A DNA stretch of 64,000 nt from Bilabrum cf. latius (lineage: Eukaryota), in contig OZ237745.1 in the NCBI GenBank assembly GCA_965178125.1, positions 806,001 to 870,000 of the forward strand, read 5' to 3'. The notes beneath the pieces were generated by a model. It saw only the letters and a list, made by a program, of their open reading frames with translations, was not told where the DNA came from and did not search any database. Within the stretch, counting starts at the first letter, position 1; each line of letters opens with the position of its first letter. Position numbers and translations under genes: made by a program. Of this stretch, positions 26,462 to 38,177 are shown one piece after another.

Positions 26462-29400
26462 TCATGCCTGCAGCGGGCTTACCCTTGGCAGCTGCACGGG
26501 GCCTGCATCGGGCTCTGGGCTGGAGCCCATCTCAGGAATGTCCACTGGCTCTCGCTCCACCTCGCGGCTTCCAACCCGCCGGAGCTGGTGGGCCACCATG
26601 GAGTGGCTGCCAACGGTCACCACGGTCTCGTTGTCAAAGGCAGCTCCGCTGGTTGACGCACACTCGATCAGCCTTGCTGCCGCATCCGATACTAGGATCT
26701 GCCCCGGTGGACATCTGGACTCGAGGGCCTCGGTTCTAGTTGTGTGCTCCCCCCACACGAAGTACCTGGGCCTCGACTCGCCCAAGATGCCGCCCACGGC
26801 AGGTCCAACGTGGATGCCGATCCGCATGTCGAATTCGGGCAAGTCGTACTTGACCCGGATGCCAGCAATCACGGCCAGCATATCTGTGGCAAACTTAGCG
26901 ACAGCTCGCGCGTGTCTCGCAAGGGCAGCCCGGCCAGAGGCAGGAGCCGTTCGTGGTCGCTGTTGCTGGACTTCCACAGGCTCCTTGTCCCGGTTCGCCC
27001 CCTCACCAGAGGCTTGCTCATCATGCTCAGCAACTCGGCCCATCGCAGTTCCTCCCGTCTGGCTGATGCTCTCGTTGCGCCGTCCCTTTGCCTGCTCATC
27101 CAAGCGACCTTCACCGTGCCCGCCAGCCTGTATCGGTGCCAGCTCCAGCGCGTTGGATTCTCCCGGTCCAACACACACTACCTAGACCGGCTCGTCGTCC
27201 TCGATCCGAGACACGGCTGCCGAAGGTGGCTGCATGGCATGCATCATGGAGCCTGGCATGCCGAGCTGCTCCCCCGCCATACGAAACTGGGTGCGAAACG
27301 ACGAGTGCCTATCCACTAGAAAGCTCTGTTGGCTGGAAATGAGAGAGCCCGAACTCGGCTACGTGCTCGGACCTAGTGACCCAGCTGCCGACTCGGCATC
27401 AGCTTCCTCCTGTGGCACTTCTGTAGCTTGCAAAGCTGCTGTTGGCACTTTGTGGGTGTCGGCGCTCGAGCTAGCACCGTTCGTACTTATTCCTGAAGCT
27501 GTGTCACGAGACGCATCATGGGATTGGCCGGCCGCTATGCTGTCCTGCTGTCCGCCTCGCTGAACCACTGCACCCCTGGCAAGGACCGAGCTTCCCAGCT
27601 AGACGCTCTGCTTGAATCTATCCATCGAAGCAGTGATCGAGCTCTCCCTGCGTTTGCGTTCAGCTGTTGTACGGCTCCTGTCAGCTTCTGATGATGCCCG
27701 GAGCCCTCCCAACACGATGAATGCATCACCGATCGTTTCCATCTTGTAAAGGCTGCTGCTTGACTTCTCCAACTTGTTGTCAAAGCCCTCGTACAGGTCG
27801 TGGAGTAGCGTGATGAGCTGATGTGGCTGCAGCTTGGCCGCCAGCGTGGTGAATCCCACGATGTCAGAGTAGAGCATCACGACGTTGTCGAGCTGCTCCA
27901 CCACATCGTCGCCCCGCATCAGGCGCTCCACGTGGTACCCTGAAGGGAGCATGTTGCGGAGCAGCGCCTGGCAATTCGATGACAGCTCAAGCGCATTGAG
28001 TTGTGTGATGAACTTTTGGCGTGTCTGTATTTCCGCCTCGTAGCATTGCGTTGTGACGGCTGTCGAACTGGTGAACAGCACGATTGCCACCAGCGATATC
28101 TGCCTCATGTCACCGTTCGTGATTGACGCTGCGACACCAATGCATGACGCAGTGAAGGCCATGGTAGACCCGAGCAGGCCTCGGTAACGCGCCACGAGGA
28201 CCACCACATGGACGGCGAGCACAGCCTCCAGAATGACATCGACAGACCCTGCCACGTGCATGACAGCAGTCGCGACCAGCGCGAGCAAAGTGGCGACTAT
28301 CGAGATGACCGTCGATGGGGACTCGAGAATGCCCTGAGGGCCTCTCTGTCCCATGAACCGTGGCGAACCGCAGCAGAACTCGCACTGGCTCCTACGTAGT
28401 CTCTTGTTCGAGCCCCGAGAGGCGAGCTTGGGCGACACGCGGCGGTCAGCACGTCTACTGCTGCCTTGCGCGCCAGCGGGTCTGCCACTCCCGTGACAGC
28501 CTTGGGACTCGCTGCGCCGATATCCAAACAATGCCGCGGTGCTGATTGCAAGCACAACCCCAGCAACAATCTGGCTGCCACTGGCCACCCTTTGCTGATG
28601 TAGATCTTCTGCCTCTGGGCCAGCATCCGAGGCCATGTGGTACACGAATAGAATCACAACGCTAGCAATAAAGTGGAGCAGCGTGCTGCGCAGCACTTCA
28701 TCGCGCTACTTCCGCGCCTTGTAGTGCGTGTACTGCGACTCAACTTCAAACGCGCCCACGGCGCTCGCGAAGTTTTCGTCGCGACCAGTTCGACCCTGGT
28801 GCCTTGAATTCATGCTTTGGTCTGGTAGGACACCTTCGGCCTTCAACGCCTCCTCGTGCTGCTTGTTCTGCTGCTAGAAGGTCGGAGCAAATGTAAGGGT
28901 ACCAAAGGCGAGCGGGGTTGCCTGGATCCTTGCCTACTCCCGCAAGAAGCCCTCCAGCTGGGTGATGCTCCCCCGCTCAGAGACGTGGCGGGACTGTCGG
29001 CCTTTCCTCCGGTTTGCTGCTGATGGACTGACCGACGGAATGGCTGAACTACCATCGCTAGAGACAGAAACCGCACCTGCCGCGAATGGGGTCTTTGCGG
29101 TCTTTGACGAAAACTCTTGACCCGCTATGTCACTTGGAAGCCAGTAGGTCTGCATGAGCCCCTTGCCTTTCACCATGATCTCCCCGCGATCCAGCAACAG
29201 CCTGTGCCACCCTCCGTGCTGGTGGAGATACTGCGCGGCATCAGAGCTGAGCTGAATGCACCCCGGCTCTGAGGTGGAGCACATGCGGGACGCCACATTC
29301 ACAGCATCGCCAAACACGTGATAGTTCAAGGTCTTCCTGCCGATCACACCCGATGCTACGGGCCCGCAGTTGATGCCGATCTTCAGCAGAAGAGGCACGC

Positions 29401-31837
29401 CTTCCACCTGGAACTCGCCCGTGTTCACCATCTGCATGACTCTGAGGGCGGCCTTGCAAAGCTGGAGCACGTGATTCTCCCCAGGTAGCTTCGTGGTAGT
29501 TGCGATCGAGTCGCCCGCGACGCACATGTACATGTCAGCGATGGCCATGATCTTGTACGCCCGGTTATCATCCACAATCCTGTCCACCTCAACGAGCAGC
29601 CGGTTCAGCTCCTGCACGAGCAGCACTCCATCGCGACCCGCCACGATATCCTTCAAGTTCACGATGTGAATGAACATGATGGCGACGCTTTCATGCTGAT
29701 AGGCGATCGGAGTCTCGAGCCCGAACTGGGTAGCAGTCGCTGTAGGTCCACCTGCCTAGCTCGTAAGCGGCGACTCGCTCGACAGCACCTCGCGCGACTA
29801 TCCCCGGTCTCGCGCGCGTATCGTCGGACCGGTGCTGCCTCCTGCAGCTAGCAACTAGTGATGCGCTGCCTGCAGATCATGGCTGGCCGGACTTGAAACT
29901 CGAGTGCTAGCTACCCCGGTGTGGTCTGGTGACTCCCGGTCTGCCCACCTGCTGCTCTCAAGCCCAGCTACGTGTTGGCGGCTGGCATTCCTTCCAGATT
30001 GCTGGCCGTAACTGGCGGGCAGCGATCTGCTAGATATCTTTTTCTCCAACCGCTTTGAGGGAGGCTTGCTCCGCCGGCTGCTGCCGTCGCGTGTCGAGGC
30101 TTTTCTCCTGATGCGGTAGCTCCGGCTGCTGCCTTCGCCACTCGTATCCAGCAGGGAGCCGTTCTCAGATGATGTCCTCTCCGCGTCAAACAGCTTGTGC
30201 ATCTTCCATGAGGATCGACTGTGGGAAGGCAGCAGCCTGGATGAACCGAATCTGGTAAAAAGGTCCGGTGCAGAGTGCTGCTGATGCATGCCAACATCAG
30301 CCCGGAGGCCGTGACGGCCTTCTGCGCCTATCCTTTGGAAATGGATCTGCTTGACTTTGGTATCCAAGCTGCTTGCATTCCCAGCAGCAGCTGCGGTGTT
30401 GAGTTTGGCTTCGCTCGCGCTGATACTCTGCACGGAGGCATTACGCACCGGAGCTAGAAAGCTGACATAGCTGCCGTGTCGTTGCAAATCTCGACGTGGA
30501 GCTCCCAGTCCTTGCCCAGCCACATCAATGGAATGATGATAGCCTCGCATGGCTGCAGCAGATGGCAAGGGTGAATTGCTGCCGCTGCGGATCCCAATCT
30601 CCGACCTTTCGTCCGCTCCCGGCGAGGACGCCGCACTGTCGTGGTGTGCCTCGTTCACGCCTGGCTGGTGAGGCACAGCTGGCAGATTTTTCGGCGCTTT
30701 GGCCGAGTCATCCTCGATGGATGCTTCCACTCGATATGATGCTCTACTGCTCTCGCTTCTTCGCGGGAGCAAACCCTGGCTCGCGTGCACTGCATCTTCT
30801 GAGCGTGGCGAGCCAGCCGCGACCTCTCGGACGGGCATTGAGACAGGGCGGGTCACCATGGCATTCTCTTGCAGTGCAGCGGCGATATTCTGTGGAAGGA
30901 CTGCGAAGAAGAAGAGATGGATCTGGTGGGATATGGATGCACGACGTCCCTTGTGGCGTAGGCGGCGCACGCGGCAGCTGATCGACGGGCCGGCACGCTT
31001 GAGCAATAGCAACGTCTCACTGCTTTTCGACAGCCTGTCTCTCCTCTGACTGTCACCAACAAGCCTTCGGAGCTGAATGAACTCCGACCGTTGCGACCGC
31101 TCCTGGAAGTACAGCTTTGCATTGCCAATGCCGAGCACGCTGAGGATGAGCGCCCAGTACTCCCATCTCTGCTCTGGCATGGCCCTGCCTTCAAGAGCCC
31201 ACATGTTGAGAAGTGGCATTGCTACCAGTAGCAGCAGCCTGAGTGCTGCAATGATATTGCTCCAGTAGAATCGAAGCCCGCTGTTGTGCAATGTGAGCAT
31301 CGACCAGTAGCCTGTGGTGGTTGCCCAGTAGGTTGTGTGGCCGCCCAGGAAGGCATCGTACTGCCTAGCCGTAGCAGCCGACTCCGAGTAGTGCAGGAGC
31401 GACATTTCCCATTGATAGTATATCAGAATTGTCTCGATGGCTAGAAAAGCTATGATCGGAGCGTGGAAGCAGCTCGGCACGAACATGTGACACCTCGCTC
31501 CCACCGCCAAGAAAGCCAGAGAAGCAGCTAGCATAGCCACTCTACCACCCGGCATCCATAGTGACTGTAGTGCAGCTACTTCATATACAGCAATGATGAG
31601 AGAAGATGCGGCAGCAACGATGAGTGAATGCCGGAAGCTGGATGCATCTCGATGACGTTGGTACCTTCCAAACGCCTTTTCGTAGGATTGGCTCTAGAAT
31701 CCCAGGCATATGCCCTGTCTGGACCGTTTGTGCTCGATATTGGCCATATTGCGCGAGGCAGCATCGCTCTGTGGTTTTTGTTGTCGGCCGGGGCTGGGAG
31801 CGACGCGAGAGCTCTTGGTGCCCGCAGGTTCACCCAT
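26462..31837 (-). CDS. Class III nucleotidyl (adenylyl/guanylyl) cyclase, 2x[TM block + catalytic domain], copy A (~1790 aa), intronless, 10 in-frame TAG
   Basis: Domain 1: VAIMFIHIVNL, YKIMAIADMYMCV, KIGINCGPVASGVIG, YHVFGDAVNVASRM, VKGKGLMQTYWL. Domain 2: VMLYSDIVGFT, YKMETIGDAF, RIGIHVGPAVGGILG, YFVWGE. Two hydrophobic blocks. Start (GCC ATG G at 31837) provisional; ends TGA. Confidence 0.9.
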
Positions 31838-32121
31838 GGCCGTGATCAGTCGAACAGTCGACCGAGAGCACCGGATGAAGTAATCAAAACTAATCTTATG
31901 ATACAAAGTCGACAATGCACAAGCGCGGTGTCTGGTGTATTGCTCAAAGTCTTGGTGAGCGCGAGTTGATCTGAGCAAGCGGAACTCTGGCTTGAAATCG
32001 AACGTTCGCGGCGCCGCTTCCGAACCGCCCTGCTGTCGGACCACACATCACTCATCTTGATGGTTACTAGACCTAGGGCAACAGAAAGGCAAACTACGTC
32101 CGAAATCTATTAAGTATAGCT

Positions 32122-32934
32122 ATGGCAAGTTCTTCTACGGACGAGCCAGGGCACGAATAGGAGGATATGCGAGAAATAGCGCTGGAGAGCGTGTCTCATT
32201 TTTTGGCCAGTAGTCTCGCAAAAGAGAATGAAGGTGCAATTGAGGCTGCAGAACACATGAGAGCTACCCAATCAAAATTATTACGCACACTTTCTGAGTG
32301 CCACAAGAGTGAGTGGGCCCGTAATAGCCGACGTCGCACCCAGGGATATTTGCAACGAGGCGATTTATCACGCTCTCGATGCCCAGACACCCTGGAAAAT
32401 TGGATGCTAGTTATGGCGCCTTTCACCCACTTTGAATTCACAGCCTCGTTTGCATGCCTTGTGCGTCCAATCAGGGTCTGCAGAGCCCGTTTTGGGCTCC
32501 GCAATCGTGTCTGCGAGGTGTGGTGGCTGGTAGCCGCGACCCTTAAGGCTGGGTAGCCATGTTGTCTCCCTGACGGAGCCCTAGGCAGCCCATACGAGTC
32601 ATAGTTGCGGCATATTCTCTGCTTTTGTTTCGTTCTGTTCTGTGCAGCGATCGAGGAAGGCGCCGAAGTGCCAGCGGAAGGCACCACCAAGGTACTGAGG
32701 GACAGAATTGACCAGGTCGCGGCGAAGGCAAAAAGGGTGGGGCAAATTCTAGGCCGCATCGACTCTAAGCTGAAGTATTTAGAGCAAAGGTACGGAGTGC
32801 CGGCGGCGGTACCGCAGGGCGGCGCAAAGGGAACAGCTGGTGTGGCGAGTGTGAGCGAGGCTGCTGCAGCACCGGCGGGTTCAGGCACGGGTGCCGCTGC
32901 ACCGACAGAGAAAGAGGCCTCTGGATCCACTTGA
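32122..32934 (+). CDS. Small coiled-coil protein, Snapin/pallidin (BLOC-1)-like; one intron
   Basis: Exon 32122-~32308 (MASSSTDEPGHE[TAG]EDMRE...MRATQSKLLRTLSECHK), intron GTGAGT..GTGCAG to ~32648, then TIEEG...RVGQILGRIDSKLKYLE; ends TGA. Family assignment from helix pattern only. Confidence 0.5.
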
Positions 32935-33445
32935 ATCGCGCCAGCACATGTAAGCAGGCGAGTTTCAACCGTTCTGGGCTACCGGTACGGCTGATCTGCT
33001 TCAGGCTATCATACATTAGCGTACGAACGTCGTTCGGGTATTAATATTGGGGAAGTGCTTGTGTTTGTCTTTCGTGTTTTCTGTTGTTGGCTGCACGTTT
33101 CTTTCCTGTCTGTACCTCACACAGACTGCACGTCGTATCGAATCTTCCACCGAATAACGCTCACTACATTCCCACTAAGGTGCCATCGAACCATGCCCTG
33201 TGCATGCTGTTCATACATGCTCTGGCAAGGGTACCTCTTCATTGGCAGCATCACACCTCTACCTACGCTGCAGCCCACTGGCATGTTAATTCCAGCGGAG
33301 TTCTTTGGTTGCTGACAGGTCAGACCAGACCAGGCACAGGTAGAGATCTGCTGCTGCCAGTGGGAAGCATGCACGTGCATATGCCCCCCGACCTTGACAG
33401 TGCCCCCGCCCCCCCTTAGAGAGCGCCAACTGATCGGGTACATTA

Positions 33446-34049
33446 TCAGCTGGAGCCTTCCACCGCTGGGCTGGCCGCAACGGCAGCAGTTGCATCCTCT
33501 CCTGTCCCTGTGCTCACCTGGCCGGCCCCGCTGCCCCCTGCCGCCGCACCTCCCGTTGCAGCACCTCCCGCTGCTGCCGCGACCACTCCAGCTTCCTGGA
33601 ACTCCTGCGGTAACAGGTCCAAATTGTCGGGGTGTGCCTCGCGAAAGGCAGCGACGGCTGCCTCGATCTGTTCCTCGGCAGTGGCTACCTTCGCCTTGAG
33701 CTTGGCCTGCTGCTTCTCCCTCGTCTCCTTGGCAAGCTTCGCCCTCGTTGCATTCAATCCGCGCACTCTGTTCGCAATCATGTCGGCATCTTTCTGTTCG
33801 GGGGATCGAGCCTCCATTGCCTTTCGCTTCGCTGCTTTCTTCTCGCGCTAGATCTGGGCTGCCCTGTCTTCCTCTGCCTTGCGGGCTTCCTTGTCCGTCT
33901 TGTCTTCCCCCTGCGAGAAATACGATACCAAACGATGCGACGCGTTCAGAAAATGAGGATTCGCGTATTGGAGCTACCAGAGCCGTGCCTGGGCGAACCT
34001 TTCAGGATCGCGCTTTCCTTACCTCTTGCACTTCTTTCGTGGTGGGCAT
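33446..34049 (-). CDS. Hypothetical charged coiled-coil protein; one intron
   Basis: MPTTKEVQE|GTAAGG..TCGCAG|GEDKTDKEARKAEEDRAAQI[TAG]REKK... joins ORF 33446..33817; ends TGA. Confidence 0.6.
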
Positions 34050-34528
34050 GCACCCCTCTTCCTGCACCCACTCCAGGAAATCCTGCTGGGAATCCTTGTC
34101 CGTGTACACCAAGTGAGAAGGATCCGATGGAGATCGCTCGAAAAAGAATGATACATAGTCTGCTTCCGAGGCGCCATCAAGCTAAGCCAGAACCGGACCG
34201 AAGGTCTGTTCAAACGTTTCTTTATCGAAAGGAGACGGAAACAACGGATGCTCGAACGAGCGAATTGAATCGTCTGCCTTTGCCATCTCCCAAGTCAGCT
34301 TTTTTGGCAATTTCGCCATGTTTTCGCAGTAGATCTCTACAGCAAGTGATTTTCGGCCGATGCGAGAAACCAGTGTCCCTGGAGAAGGTTCGTTTTGCAC
34401 CGGGTGGTTCGGCAGATTCGGCCGTCCCAGACTTGGAACACCGCAAATATGGCACCGTAGAAACTGTACTAGCCAATCATGTGCGCGGGACAAGCAAATA
34501 ATGCACGCACTAAGCAAGAACCAAAGGC

Positions 34529-36921
34529 TCAGCGGCCCGCAGTAGGCCCAACACCGTCAGGTCGCGGCCCCACCGAGCTCGCATCGATGGGCCTGAACCC
34601 GAGAGCAAGGGCAGGAGAATCGCTCGCCAGGTGCTGGAAATCCAGGCCCATGGCATCCACGAACTTGGGGTCGGCCACCTTGGAATGGGTGTCCTTGCCA
34701 GTGGCCTGCCACTGCGCAAAGGTCCGTGGGGATTGGCTGGGGGGGAACTTGAGCGCAGAGGCGTCCTTCGCGAGACTCCAGTAGACGTTGTTGTCCATTG
34801 TCATGTTCTTGAAGCCTATCGAGTTGGTGCTGTCGAACAGCGAGGCCGTTGAGTTGAACAGCAGCACGATGTTTCTCTCGAAGGTGAATGACGAGTGCTC
34901 CCCCAGGCCGGAACCGGGGGCGTGCTGGCTGGACCGCACAGCCGAGTTGTCGCACCCGCCCGCGCCGTCGCAGGCCCAGCGATCCGGGAATGCCATCACG
35001 TTGTTGGCGATCAGGTTATCCGTTCCAAAGTGCTGATGGAATGCAGCAGACTTGGTGCTGTGGACGATGTTGTTCGTAATCGTAACGTTCGAGCTGCCCT
35101 GGTCGGTGTACAAGCCCCATCTGCGCGCAAGAAGTTGGCGTTGAAAAAGAGGAAGGGGCGGGGGAATAGATAGTGGGCAAGCAAAGTGCCAACGGCATCT
35201 AGGACGCAGGTAGCGTTTGCGGTCACAAGCATCGATCGAATCGAATCGCAATGCTGTGCGGGGCTGTCTCTCACCCTCCGTACCCGGCCGAGTTCACGCC
35301 GGAGCACACGTTGTGGTCAATGAGCGTGCCGGGCGACCGCCCGAGATGGTACACGCACCCACCGTCGGAAAGCTGCCCCTGCATGATGTCATAGATGTCG
35401 TTGTAAGACACCACATTGTTGCGGTTGCTCGTGGCTTCGTACGTCCAGTCCCAGCCCACCGACACGCCGGAGTACAGCATATTTCGGATGGTGTTGTGGG
35501 TCACCACATTGTCGTGGGCCTGCTCCAGAAGCACGCCGCACCCCATCATGATGACGTGTCCGCCGTCCTCAATCACGCTGTCTGCGAGCTCGACGAGATT
35601 GACCACCTCCCACTCGGATCCGGAGGGGGCAGCGCCGTGCGAGGGCTCCCCGATCCGGACGCCTCCCACCCCGAGGTCGAAGAAATGGCTACGAGTCACG
35701 CTGACGCTGCTGGATCCGGAGCCGATGGTCATCCCGTAGTTTCCGGTGTGGGCGACCGCCACTCGGCTGAAGTTGACGTGTTTGGCCACCTCTAGCATGA
35801 CGGCGGATTGCCGTTCGCTCGCGAAACTTTGCCCGTCGCACGTCCCCGTCGACCTGCACCCGTGCACGCTCCCCGTCGTGTGCGCGAAATTCAACCCTTC
35901 AAAGTTCACGTACTCTACAAAGGCGGGGGCTCCTTGCTGCCTGGACCCCGAGGACGTCGCGGTCGCGTTTCCCAGCAGCTCTAGAGCCACGTGCACCTTT
36001 GGCAGCACGATCTTCGTCTCGCCCTCCGTGGGGGCATAGACTAGGGAGCAGCTCCCAGCGTCGTGCGCGAACTACCCTGCCTCCATGGACGCGGGGTCCA
36101 GCACGTTTTGCAGCGTGTACCTGTTCAGTGCAGCCGAATACACGTGGTCTCCATCCTTGTGAGCGAGCACGATGGAGGACCCGTCAGAGCCGGTGCCCTT
36201 CACGGCCACGAGTGCCGCGGTCCAGCTGTGAAAAATGAGTGCGTCCGCAGAGGCAAGGGCACTAGAGGCGTTGTGCCAGGACGGGAGGGTGCCTGGCTTC
36301 GGAATGATGGTCGTGCCGTCGAACTTGCTGTACTGGAGGACTCCAGTGCTAGTGATGGACCGGCGCGTGCCGTCTGTGCCCCATACCTGGCGCAGCGTCA
36401 CGTCGCAGCCGACAGAGTCAGCAAGTGGAATGCTGACCACGCCGCTCGGTGCTCGCTCCGATGGGCCTGCGACAAGGTTCTGCTCGCTTCCCGGGATCGA
36501 AACTTCGACACCTGCCGACAGAATGGAAAATCCGCTGCCAGTACCAGCATACGTGATGGGAGCATTTGACGTTCCAGAGTCTTCAGGGCCCATGGAGAGC
36601 GTCTAGTTGAGGAAGTAGGTGCCCGCCAGGACGTTTACTCGTACCGGTTCTGATGGCCGGGTTCGCTCCTCTCGAAGGGCGTCCCTGGCCCGAAACACTG
36701 TTGCCCACGGGTTCGATTTACTACCATCCTGCGAAAATAAGCTGCAGGCGTCACGTTAATTAGTTTGGAGCAGGCAAAACGGCGAGAACTTCAAAGATCT
36801 GAAAGGCAACTGCGTCCCATACCCCAGATGTATCGCTTCCGTCGGGTGATACGTAGAACTAGACTGTCGCAGATGCACTGATTGATAGAATTAAGGCCAC
36901 TAGCCCGAGCATCCTGATCAT
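34529..36921 (-). CDS. Secreted right-handed parallel beta-helix protein (bacterial GH141-like architecture); 2 introns, 3 in-frame TAG
   Basis: Signal peptide MIRMLGLVALILSISASA, TV[TAG]FYVSPDGSD|DGSKSNPWAT, GTYFLN[TAG]TLSMGPEDSG, DLGVGGVRIG, YSGVSVGWDW, LSDGGCVY, YGG|WGLYTDQGSSN, DTHSKVADPKFVD, SPALALGFRPID. Introns ~36822-36729 and ~35274-35121. Confidence 0.8.
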
Positions 36922-37052
36922 GTGTTCCAGATACTGACATGAAAACGTTTGGATCGCTGCCCGCGAAACTGCACGGTACAAATTCAAAAAGCAGACACTG
37001 GCTTTGTGGAACCTTCCCACTGCCTGGTCGTGCCTGGGATGAAAGAAAGGAG

Positions 37053-37871
37053 ATGACAGTTGAGAATAGATTAGTGGCGTTTTTGGCCTCTATGCTCCAG
37101 GTCGGACTGGGCATCTTTGTCCTTTTCTTGCTTCTGGCGGTGTACGCCGGGGGTTTAGGCAATGCGAAATGCACAGTGCCAATGCTACCGTACTGGCTCG
37201 TTGCGGACTCTTTCTTGGCTGTTTTACTGCTTGGTGTGGCAGTATCGCTACACTACGGAGCTTGGTGCGGCGCTACTTTGGAAGGAAACGCTGCCTTTTC
37301 GGCGGTTGCAGCAGTCGCCTGTGTGGGATGGGCAGGCCTTGCTGGCATGCTGCTGTGGGGATGCCTATTAGTGGGTGCAACCGATCTGACTGCGGAGGAT
37401 GTCAACAGCGGGAACGCGTGCAGTCCAGTGATTTACTGGACGGCTTGGACCAGCGTGGTGCTGCAGTCATCCGGTTTCATCGGCGCGCTGATGCTGTCGT
37501 GCGTGTCTGCCATCTTTGGGGCGAATGTGGCATATACATTCTTGATGACAAACGAAGGAAGATCAGCTGGCCCTTCGAAAGAAGCTATCACTGGGACGAG
37601 AAGGCACGCTAGCCCGCTCCACCGCTACGTTGCCGGTGCGTCCGCTCCCCAGGCGAAGCAGCGACGGGGCAGCACTGGCAGCAGAGCCAGCAGGCTACAC
37701 GCCCAGTAGCGCCCGGGGCGTGTGCCTGTCGGGCACCTGGGCGCGTCAAGTAGTGGGTCATGGTAGGGTGGTTTGGGTGGCAATGGAAGGCTCGGTGGTA
37801 ATGGAAGGGTCGGCGGCAATGGGATCGGCAGGGGCAGTGGCAGGGACAGGGACATGCATCCAGATGGCTGA
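37053..37871 (+). CDS. Hypothetical 4-TM membrane protein (TMEM272-like layout)
   Basis: Four hydrophobic segments with C.xPMLPYWL and C.PVIYW.A motifs. Reads through TAG 37707 and ~37763 to TGA 37869-37871. The start could instead be the upstream ATG 36939. Confidence 0.6.
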
Positions 37872-38177
37872 CCACAACCCGTACCGTGAGATCACCTAGT
37901 AGTGCTGCATTCTCTCGCCCAAAGTGCCCAAGTAGATCAGGTCATTCGAAGGAAACCCCAAATGTGATATCGGTCACCATTGAAGCACTGTGGTGTGGAT
38001 ATCTAGATCCGGATGCTACAGTAGAATGCGCACGGCTTGCACAATAGCTCCCTATTCGGAGTCCCTACATGAATACGATGCAGCAACACGTGCAATCGAG
38101 CGTATCTGCAGCGTGGATACAGGTGCCAAGGGCCTTCCATCCCACGCACAGCGCCAGCAATAATAACCCAGAGGCAG

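Noticed and set aside
32196-32930. 244-aa minus-strand ORF and 289-aa ORF 33632..34501 as genes
   Set aside because: They overlap better-supported spliced genes on the opposite strand, and their translations lack protein-like features.
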